Shown one piece after another: positions 1 to 7,196 of a stretch of DNA of 8,141 bases (positions within the stretch are counted from its first letter, which is position 1; each line of letters begins with the position of its first letter). The notes under the pieces were generated by a model, which was not told where the DNA came from, searched no databases, and saw nothing but the letters and a program-made list of their open reading frames with translations. Source of the DNA: Octopus sinensis (Eukaryota); contig NW_021828689.1 of assembly GCF_006345805.1 (NCBI RefSeq), forward strand, positions 1 through 8,141. The letters are read 5' to 3'. A program made the position numbers and the translations under genes.

Positions 1-54
1 ATGGTAAGATTTTCATCATAGATTTGCTCGATCAGGATTGACTTGGATCTAAGC

Positions 55-382
55 AACAACAACCCCACCACCACTATTACCATCAACACCATCACTACCA
101 CCACCAGCATCATCACCATCAACACCATCACTACCACCACCACCTCCACCACCGTCATTACCATAGCTACCACTACCACATCATCACCATCACCACTATT
201 ACCACCACCACTGCCACCACCACCACCACCACCATTACCACTACCACGACAACACCACCATTACTACTACCACCACCACCACCATCCCTATTACTACTAC
301 TATCAACCCCCCCACCACCACCATTACTACTACTACCACCACTACCATCATCGCCATCACTACCACCTCCGCCACTTCCACC
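55..382. repeat. Degenerate trinucleotide low-complexity tract (ACC/ACT/ATC)n
   Basis: Continuous ACC/ACT/ATC/CAC triplets. These explain the poly-T/P/H ORF 43..417 and the poly-G/V ORF 173..454. Confidence 0.95.
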
Positions 383-485
383 AACGAAAACATCCGAAGC
401 ATGTTGCTCATCTCTGAGAGAATGCTCGATGATGGCGACTCTGGCCGGCCTCACCAGTCTTTCAACATGTATTGGACACCCACGA

Positions 486-737
486 AGAGGGAGAGAGAGA
501 GAGAGAGAGAGAGTATAAATGCGGGAGGGGGTGAGGGGAAGCTCCTAACACGCTCTACGCATCTACCGTGTGCGTGTGCGTGCGTGCGTGTGTGTGTGTG
601 TGTATGCGTGCGTGCGTGCGCGCGTGTGTGTATGTGTGTGTGCGTGCGTGTGCGTGTGTGTGTGTGCGTGTGTGTGTGTGTGTGCGTGTGTGTATCCGTG
701 TGTGTGTGTGTATGCATGTGCGTGTGCGTGTGTGTGT
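486..737. repeat. (GA)n followed by compound (TG)n/(TGCG)n microsatellite
   Basis: (GA)n at ~486-513, a short spacer, then TG/TGCG repeats at ~568-737. Confidence 0.95.
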
Positions 738-845
738 TTCTTTTAACTAAACACTTTGTCCGTTCATTCTCTGTTCAGTTCTTAGCATTTTCCCAACTGC
801 GATCACAGGACGTCGATACACGACGGAACATGCTCGCCATAATGC

Positions 846-1210
846 ATGTGTGTGTGTGTGTACGTCGGTATGAATGTATGTGCGTATGTATACATGTATG
901 AATGTAAGTGTGTGTTGCTATGTATGTATGTATGTGTGTGTATATATGTATGTATGTATCTATGTGTGTGTGTCTGTGTATGTATGTATGTATGTATGTG
1001 TGCGTTGCCATGCATGTATGTATGTGTGTGTTGCTATGTATGTATGTGTGTATATATATGTATGTATCTATGTGTGTGTATCTGTGTATGCATGTGCGCG
1101 TTGCCATGTATGTATATGTTTGTATGTGTATGTATGTCTGCCTATATGTAGATATGTGTATTTACGTATATATTTACGTGTGAGTGTATGTATGTCTGTG
1201 TATGCATATA
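846..1210. repeat. (TATG)n/(TG)n compound microsatellite with a duplicated higher-order unit
   Basis: TATG/TG repeats. The landmarks GTTGCTA, ATCTATG, TCTGTG and GTTGCCATG occur twice in the same order (~910-1015 and ~1025-1110). Confidence 0.9.
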
Positions 1211-1440
1211 CTCTTTTACTCTTTTACTCTTTTACTTGTTTCAGTCATTTTGACTGTGGCCATGCTGGAGCACCGCCTTTAGTCGAGCAAATCGACCCCG
1301 GAACTTATTCTTTGTGAGCCCAGTACTTATTCTATCGGTCTCCTTTGCCGAACCGCTAAGTGACGGGGACGTAAACACACCAGCATCGGTTGTCAGGCAA
1401 TGCTAGGGGGACAAACACAGACACACAACACACACCACAC

Positions 1441-1480
<40 letters not shown>

Positions 1481-1634
1481 TACGACAGGCTTCTTTCAGT
1501 TTCCGTCTACCAAATCCACTCACAAGGCATTGGTCGGCCCGGGGCTATAGCAGAAGACACTTGCCCAAGATGCCACGCAGTGGGACTGAACCCGGAACCA
1601 TGTGGTTGGTTAGCAAGCTACTTACCACACAGCC
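1211..1634 (-). mobile_element. tRNA-derived SINE, family A (octopus OR2/CORE-type by recall), near full length
   Basis: On the minus strand: head GGCTGTGTGGTAAG (A-box-like), B box GGTTCAGTCCC (1592-1582), CORE-like CTTGGGCAAGTGTCTT (1569-1554), internal (TA)n/(TG)n, and 3' tail (TAAAAGAG)x3 at 1211-1234. A homologous copy lies at 4633-5011. The family name is from memory. Confidence 0.9.
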
Positions 1635-1885
1635 TGTATAAATATTTATGTATGTATGTATGTGTGTATGTGGTCTGTTTAATTTTTTGTGCGCCAATAT
1701 GAGTAAAGGTTACCCCCATGAGAACTTGAGGGTACCCCCAGCTGAAGTAGAGGCTATAATTCCCGACTCCCAACAGAACCAAAGACCCCCAGAACCAAAA
1801 GCTACCATTATTAGAATCAGAGGTTAATATTGGCAAGATTGCCACTAAGTGGAACCAGAGTCTGCCACAACCAAAAGCAAAAGTA

Positions 1886-1950
1886 CCACCACCACCACCA
1901 CCACCACCACTACCGCCGCCTCCACCATCGCCACCGCCGCCGCCGCCTCC
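1886..1950. repeat. (CCA)n/(CCG)n trinucleotide tract
   Basis: Direct reading; encodes poly-Pro in one + frame. Confidence 0.9.
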
Positions 1951-2035
1951 AGAAATTTATCTTGCAATTACAGCTGTTTTATGATCTTGTAAAATAAGTT
2001 GTGGGGGGGGGATAAGACGAAAAAAGAAATGAGAG

Positions 2036-2056
2036 GTGTGTGTGTGTGTGTATGTG

Positions 2057-2091
<35 letters not shown>

Positions 2092-2136
2092 ATGTGTGTG
2101 TGTGTTTGTGTGTGTGTGTGTATATATATGTGTGTG

Positions 2137-2181
<45 letters not shown>

Positions 2182-2201
2182 AGAAAGAGAGAGAGAGAGA
2201 G
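2036..2201. repeat. (TG)n then (GA)n microsatellite
   Basis: Direct reading. Source of the CVCV/HTHT ORFs 1999..2274, 2036..2239 and 1979..2392. Confidence 0.95.
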
Positions 2202-2309
2202 CGCGCGCGACAGGGGAGGAGATAAGATGGGGAGGATAGGGAGTAAATTAAAATGTTTGAATAATTCTGAGTGAGAGTTTTTGGAGAATGTCGGGAGTTG
2301 GAAGAAAGA

Positions 2310-2660
2310 CTATAATAACAGAGAGAGGGAGAGAGAGAGAGACAGAGAATATAGAGAGAAGCATAGAGAGAGGGAGAGGGAGAGAGTTTCAAGAAAGGGT
2401 GTGGAGAAAGAGAAACGAGAGAAGGCGTAAAGAGAGAAAGAGAGAAGCGTAGAGAGAGAGGAATGTGTAAAGAGAGAAGAGAACGGGTAGGGGGGGTGTT
2501 GGGGGGGCGGGGTTGTAGAGAGCGAAATATATTTTAGTTGTTTAATTATCTCGAAAATCGGTTTAAAACACGATTCTGTTTAGTTTGATAGCCGGGTGGT
2601 GGGTGAGGGTGGGTCGGGTGGGTGTGTATGTAAGGGTGTTGATAGAAGAGGTTGGGGGTG
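2310..2660. repeat. Purine-rich GA low-complexity tract followed by G-run clusters
   Basis: Degenerate GA repeats at ~2310-2484; GGG-run clusters at 2485-2512 and 2594-2622. Confidence 0.8.
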
Positions 2661-3017
2661 GGGCCGATTAGCAAACGGAATAAGTTTACCATATGAGTTT
2701 CTTTTTTCTTGTTCTTCGTTTTATTTTTTAAAATTTGTTTGCTTAGTTAAAAAAAAAAAATTGTAGGGTGCAGCGCCCCGCGATCTACAGGGGTCGCATT
2801 GATTCCTGTTAAGAATACGAACCACCATCATACTTTTTTCCGTATCCTTGATCAACCTCGGCCGTCTCATGGCACGAGGCCGGTGGTTAAAGCAGTTTTC
2901 TGATTCTCATTACAGTTCTGATAGAGTTGTTCCATGGAAGATTAAAGATTTATATACTTTGACTAATGAGAATGACGAGATTGATACTCAACCTGAATAT
3001 CTGTCGATCATTGAATC

Positions 3018-3019
<2 letters not shown>

Positions 3020-3069
<50 letters not shown>

Positions 3070-3318
3070 TAGACACATACAAACAGGGCTGGCCGGCTTA
3101 AGGTACCGGCAACTCGGGCATTTGCCCGGGGCACCATGTGCTAAGGGGCGCCAAGTAGGGCGTGAGAAAGACAAGGAAATCTCTACGACCGTCAGCTTGT
3201 ACACGCCGAAGTTCAGCTTGCCTGGGGTACCAGCAACCCCAGGGCCGGCCCTGTACACACACACACGCATACACTTAGAAACGCATATACACGCACACAC
3301 GTTCATACACACACACAC
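3020..3318. repeat. (CA)n microsatellite interrupted by a MITE
   Basis: (CA)n at 3020-3083 and 3254-3318, flanking the 3084-3253 element. Confidence 0.9.
3084..3253. mobile_element. 170-bp non-autonomous DNA transposon (MITE), hAT-like (Tip100-type ends)
   Basis: Left end CAGGGCTGGCC (3084-3094) versus reverse complement of the right end CAGGGCCGGCC (3243-3253), 10/11 match. It is a GC-rich island inside a CA repeat with subterminal hairpins. The TSD is not resolvable (CATACAAA/TACACACA, in microsatellite). Confidence 0.72.
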
Positions 3319-3391
3319 CCATGTGAGTGGTGGTTTTTGTCCGAATGCTTGTCTGAGCGGCGTTAAAATATACTTATGTATTGAATTTAAT

Positions 3392-3447
3392 ATTGATTTC
3401 AAATTTTGGCACGAGGCCAGTAATTTTGCATCGACCCCAGTGTTTCC
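3392..3447 (-). mobile_element. 3' tail fragment of SINE family B
   Basis: Minus strand CTGGGGTCGATG...AAAATTACTGGCCTCGTGCCAAAATTTGAAATCAAT matches the tail of the copy at 5631-5670 (AAATTGCTGGCCTTGTGCGAAAATTTAAAACCAA). Confidence 0.75.
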
Positions 3448-4034
3448 AATATTCTTTTCTACTCTGGGCACAAAGCCTGAAATTTGGGGGAGGGGGCCAG
3501 TCGATTAGATCGACCCCAGTACGCAACTGGTACTTAATTTATCGACCCCCTAAAACGACGAAAGGCAAAATCGACCTCAGCGGAATTTGAACTCAGAACG
3601 TAAAGACAAACGAAATACCTATTTCTTTACTACCCACAAGGGGCTAAACACAGAGAGGACAAACAAGGACAGACAAATGGATTAAGTCGATTATATCGAC
3701 CCCAGTGCGTAACTGGTACTTAATTTATCGACCCCGAAAGGATGAAAGGCAAAGTCGACCTCGGCGGAATTTGAACTCAGAACGTAGCGGCAGACGAAAT
3801 ACCTATTTCTTTACTACCCACAAGGGGCTAAACACAGAGAGGACAAACAAGGACAGACAGACGGATTAAGTCGATTATATCGACTCCAGTGCGTAACTGG
3901 TGCTTAATTTATCGACCCCGAAAGGATGAAAGGCAAAGTCGACCTCGGCGGAATTTGAACTCAGAACGTAACGGCTGACGAAATACGGCTACGCATTTCG
4001 CCCGGCGTGCTAACGTTTCTGCCAGCTCGCCGCC
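3448..4034 (-). mobile_element. tRNA-derived SINE family B (octopus OK/OR1-type by recall), head plus three tandem bodies
   Basis: Minus-strand head GGCGGCGAGCTGGCAGAAACGTTAGC (A-box-like) at 4034. The B-box-like GAGTTCAAATTCC recurs every 184 bp (GAACTCAG on + at 3589, 3773, 3957). Confidence 0.92.
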
Positions 4035-4080
4035 TTAGGAACCTCCCAATACTAACTCATATGTGGGTGGATGCACGCAC

Positions 4081-4118
4081 AGAGAGAGAGAGAGAGAGAG
4101 AGAGGGAGGGAGAGAGAG
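4081..4118. repeat. (GA)n microsatellite
   Basis: Direct reading. Confidence 0.95.
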
Positions 4119-4439
4119 CTTACACGATGGAGTGGAATAAGATCTAACTCGTTTGACATGGCCATCGGTTGGTTATCAAAATCCAGTTATGTTGTCTTAA
4201 TGGGTTTTAAACAAGATTATTTTCGAGTCACGATAAAAACTACACAATCTTAACAGAGAAATTATGTACAAGTGTTCTACAGGTTATCTTGTTATTTACA
4301 AAAGTGGAATTGGTCGTTGATCTGCGAGTGTGAAGGAAGTAGAAAGAGGGAGGGGTTGGGGAGGGGGTCAAATCTAGACAGGAGGTGGAGAAACAGGGGG
4401 TAGCGTGAGGGCGGAGGGGTGAGACAAAGAAGAAATTCC

Positions 4440-4590
4440 ACCCTCTTTCTCTCTCTCTCTCAGCCTTCCTCTCTTTGTCTTCAATTTCTTTCCTGGCTTT
4501 CCAACCTCTTTCCCTCTCTCCATCTCTCTTTCCCTCCTTCTCTCTCTCTCTCAGCCTTCCTCTCTCTGTCCCCTATATCATTCTCTTTCC
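4440..4590. repeat. CT-rich low-complexity tract with internal duplication
   Basis: (TC)n-AGCCTTCCTCTCT occurs twice 91 bp apart (CAGCCTTCC at 4461 and 4552). Confidence 0.85.
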
Positions 4591-4632
4591 TGCCAAGCTG
4601 ATTCTGCGCAGACGACAACCTTTAATCGTTTA

Positions 4633-5011
4633 TTTTTCACTCGTTTCAGTCATTGGACTGCGGCCATACTGGGGCACAGTCTTGGAGAGCTTAGTCGCAC
4701 AAATCGATCTTAGGACTTTTAAAAAAAAAACTGGCATTCTATCGGTTTCTTTTGCCGAACCGTTCAGTTACAGGGACATAAACCAATACCAGTTGTCGAA
4801 CGGTGGTGTGGGAGCGGGGGCAAACACACACACACGCACACACACAGATGCTATGGGCGCGCTTCAACACAGTTTCCATCTACCAAATACACTCACAAGC
4901 CGGGGTTGGTCCATAATAAAAGACACTTTCCCAAGGTGCCGTGCCATGGCACTAAATGCCGCTAAGCAACCAGGGGGTTACAAAGTAAGCTTCTTAACCA
5001 CCCAACCATGT
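4633..5011 (-). mobile_element. Older, diverged copy of SINE family A
   Basis: Collinear with 1211-1634: GTTTCAGTCATT, GACTGCGGCCAT, TTCTATCGGT..TTTGCCGAACCG, TCTACCAAAT..ACTCACAAG, AAGACACTTTCCCAAG, CTTAACCAC. The B-box region is decayed. Confidence 0.85.
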
Positions 5012-5310
5012 CTTTCTTTAGATTCGTCTTTAATTTGTCCGTCCGTTAGTTTCATTTCTCTATTAACAATGGTTTCCCCAAATATTTCCTGGGCTTTCGA
5101 CAAATCTCCAAGGGCTGCTATCAAAATGCATTTCTGAGAAAAACGTCGACGGGGTTACATTTGAGAAGATTCACAATTTTATAAATCTATAGATTCAGAT
5201 TTATATCCTTAAAAACCTGTTGCTATCTTATAGAAGCAAGTTAAAATTCTTTGGGGCTTCTTGGGCCCCAACCACACTGGCTTCTAGTAAAAGTAGAGAC
5301 CACTATTATA

Positions 5311-5569
5311 TTGGAGTAAAGATTGTTTGCCAACATAACATGGCAGTCCTGGTTTAGGACGAATGTTGCTGTAATTTAGCTCCAGGAGACATCGTCTCCA
5401 GTTGGCTATAAAACACGTTCTGTGTCCTTATATTTTCGAACAAGAGAATCTAGGACACAGATCGTGTCGTATAGCCAGCTGGAGATGATGTCTCCTGGAG
5501 CTAAATTACAGCAACATTCGTCCTAAACCAGGACTGCCATGTTATGTTGGCAAATAATCTTTATTCCAA
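5311..5569. mobile_element. Foldback/MITE-like element with 118-bp terminal inverted repeats and 23-bp spacer
   Basis: 5311-5428 pairs with 5452-5569 without indels, with 7 mismatches in 118 bp and a 68-bp perfect stretch (5326-5393). No clear TSD at the arm ends; superfamily not assignable. Confidence 0.85.
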
Positions 5570-5630
5570 AGTATTGTTGCTGAATATCTCTCGTTGTGAG
5601 ATTTAAAAATAGTAATTTACCATTATTACA

Positions 5631-5852
5631 TTGGTTTTAAATTTTCGCACAAGGCCAGCAATTTCGGGATGGGGGGTGGAGGTAGGTCGATTACATTGAT
5701 TCCAGTACTCAACTAGTACTTGTTTTATCGATCCCGTAAGTATCAAAGGCAAAGTCGTCGACCTTGGTGGAATTTGAACTCAGAACAAAGACGGCCGAAA
5801 TGCCGCTAAGCATTTTGTCCGGCATGCTAACGGTTCTGCCAGCTCGACATCC
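5631..5852 (-). mobile_element. Diverged monomeric copy of SINE family B
   Basis: Minus-strand head GGATGTCGAGCTGGCAGAACCGTTAGC, B-box-like GAGTTCAAATTCC (5781-5769), body homologous to the 3448-4034 units, and family tail. Confidence 0.9.
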
Positions 5853-5939
5853 TAGAGACCACTATCGCATTTCTATAGAATCTCGATCATAATGTAAAAT
5901 GGTTATAGACTGTTGCTTAATGAAATGAATCCAGCGAGT

Positions 5940-6177
5940 CATTTCTTCCAGCCATTATTGCTGGGAAGGTTGTGGGGATAGAACCCTCAGCCTCTTGCTC
6001 CATAGGGTCCTATCAGAAGCGACCATCAGTACACTTTCCGGCTGAATTTCCAAGCGTGACCAAGTGAGACTATGGATATTATCCAATCATTTCGTTCTTG
6101 GTCTACCACTAGGACTCTTGCCGGTAGGTTCGGCTTGAATAATCAGTTTTGAGAGTCTTTCCTGTGACATAATAATC
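5940..6177 (-). pseudogene. RTE-clade LINE remnant, C-terminus of ORF2 (3' segment)
   Basis: Manual translation of 6170->5955: MSQERLSKLIIQAEPTGKSPSGRPRTK*LDNIHSLTWSRLEIQPESVLMVASDRTLWSKRLRVLSPQPSQQ*. This resembles the Rex3/Expander-type RTE end (GRPRTRW..Y..L.W.RL......EV......W...L.LLPP.P), with TGG>TGA at 6087-6089. Confidence 0.85.
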
Positions 6178-6186
6178 TGTTATAAT

Positions 6187-6864
6187 CAGGGCTGTGGAGT
6201 CGAAACAAAAAACTTCGACTCCGACTCCTGCACTATTGGCGACTCCGACTGCTGTACCATCGGCGACTCCGACTCCTCTACTATTGGTACCTCCGACTCC
6301 GACTCCTCTACTATTGGCACCTCCGACTCCTCTACTATTGGCACCTCCGACTCCGACTCCTCAACTATTGCCACCTCCGACTCCGACTCCTGAACTATTG
6401 GTACCTCCGACTCCTCTACTGTTGGCACCTCCTACTCCGACTCCTCTACTATTGGCACCTCCGACTCCTCTACTATCGGCACCTCCGACTCCTCTACTTT
6501 TGGCACGTGGCCTACATATCTCATAAAACATAAGCATATGCTTGTACTTTGAATACGCCTATATCTTCTAACTGGTTTATATTAAAGAGTTAAGATATTG
6601 TGAGTCAGAGTCAATATAGTTTTACTGACTCTGACTCCAGCTACCACTTAATTGTTTCAGACTGACTCCGACTCCTCTTTATGTAATCAAGTGACTGTGG
6701 TCTACATATCTCATAAAGCACATTCATACACTTGCACTCTGAGTAGGCCTCTATGTTATAACTGATTTATATTAAAGAATAAAGGTATTGTGAGTCGGAG
6801 CCGGTATAGTTTTACTGATTCCAGCTACCCCTTAATTGTTTCCTACTCCGACTCCACAGCCCTG
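6187..6864. mobile_element. 678-bp non-autonomous hAT-like DNA transposon (MITE)
   Basis: Perfect 16-bp TIRs CAGGGCTGTGGAGTCG (6187-6202)/CGACTCCACAGCCCTG (6849-6864). The 8-bp TSD GTTATAAT (6179-6186)/TTTATAAT (6865-6872) matches 7/8 and fits the nTnnnnAn hAT target pattern. No transposase. Confidence 0.9.
6216..6506. repeat. Minisatellite, 11 units of 24 or 30 bp (CCGACT[CCGACT]CCTCTACTATTGGCACCT)
   Basis: Units counted by eye. They differ by one CCGACT hexamer. Confidence 0.92.
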
Positions 6865-7114
6865 TTTATAATGGGGATCCTCGTCCACTTGTATGTTATT
6901 GTCGGCACTCTAATACTCTTGTTTATCACTATTATGTTGTGGCGGTATTCCGAGTCTTATTATCTTTCGCTCGTCTGTCGTGCTGTCGCTGATAGCTCCG
7001 TAAGACACTGATTTTGAAAGCTTCTACCTTGACGGTTACTCGAACTCGTATATATCACGTAACTGACACTGATTCCAACTGAGAAACTCGTACAACAACT
7101 CTACTACTACTACT

Positions 7115-7139
7115 ACTGACTGATCTGTTTGACTTTATA
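7115..7139 (-). promoter_or_regulatory. Putative LTR core promoter (TATA plus initiator-like TCAGT)
   Basis: Minus strand TATAAAG (7139-7133) followed by TCAGTCAGT (7123-7115) inside the solo LTR. The spacing is slightly short and activity is unknown. Confidence 0.35.
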
Positions 7140-7196
7140 GTGGCTGAGTCATACCACTTTTCCGCGTGGGAAAGGGTGTACCATTTCACTACAACA

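Larger units (their letters stand above)
6178..7196 (-). mobile_element. Solo LTR (~333 bp without the nested MITE), BEL/Pao- or Gypsy-like
   Basis: Termini TGTTATA (6178-6184) and TACAACA (7190-7196) form a TG..CA short inverted repeat (6/7). The 5-bp TSD is TAATC (6173-6177)/TAATA (7197-7201). It sits exactly at the break in the LINE reading frame. Orientation is inferred from the TATA/Inr. Confidence 0.7.

Noticed and set aside
380-490. Short unique stretch reading ENIRSMLLISERMLDDGDSGRPHQSFNMYWTPTKR on + or RPARVAIIEHSLRDEQHASDVF on -
   Set aside because: There is no recognisable homology and no convincing splice-site pair, and both strands read equally well.
43-1317. ORFs of 60-166 aa (poly-T/P/H, CVCV, HTHT, MYVC)
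   Set aside because: They are translations of tri-, di- and tetranucleotide repeats that lack stops, and they show no domain signal.
1560-1634. tRNA-like segments with A/B boxes (also 3945-4034, 5769-5852 and 8079-8141)
   Set aside because: They are SINE heads continuous with SINE bodies and do not form a complete cloverleaf.
2872-2882. GGCACGAGGCC shared with the SINE tail fragment at 3408-3418
   Set aside because: It is an 11-bp match with no flanking similarity, so probably chance.
2896-3072. Acceptor-like TTTTCTGATTCTCATTACAG followed by a peptide-like frame (SDRVVPWKIKDLYTLTNENDEIDTQPEYLSIIESK)
   Set aside because: It has no donor site, runs into (CA)n, and matches no family I recognise. 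One TBLASTN would settle it, but it is unsupported as a feature.
4419-5137. ORFs 4419..4601 and 4475..5137 (220 aa)
   Set aside because: They run through a CT-rich tract and the antisense strand of a decayed SINE, so they are chance open frames.
6216-6506. CRISPR-like appearance of regularly spaced repeats; likewise the 184-bp array at 3448-3986
   Set aside because: There are no unique spacers and no cas genes, and the context is eukaryotic.
6186-6526. Acidic VEESESEVPI ORF (-) and Pro/Leu-rich ORF (+)
   Set aside because: Both are frames of the MITE's minisatellite and do not extend meaningfully beyond it.
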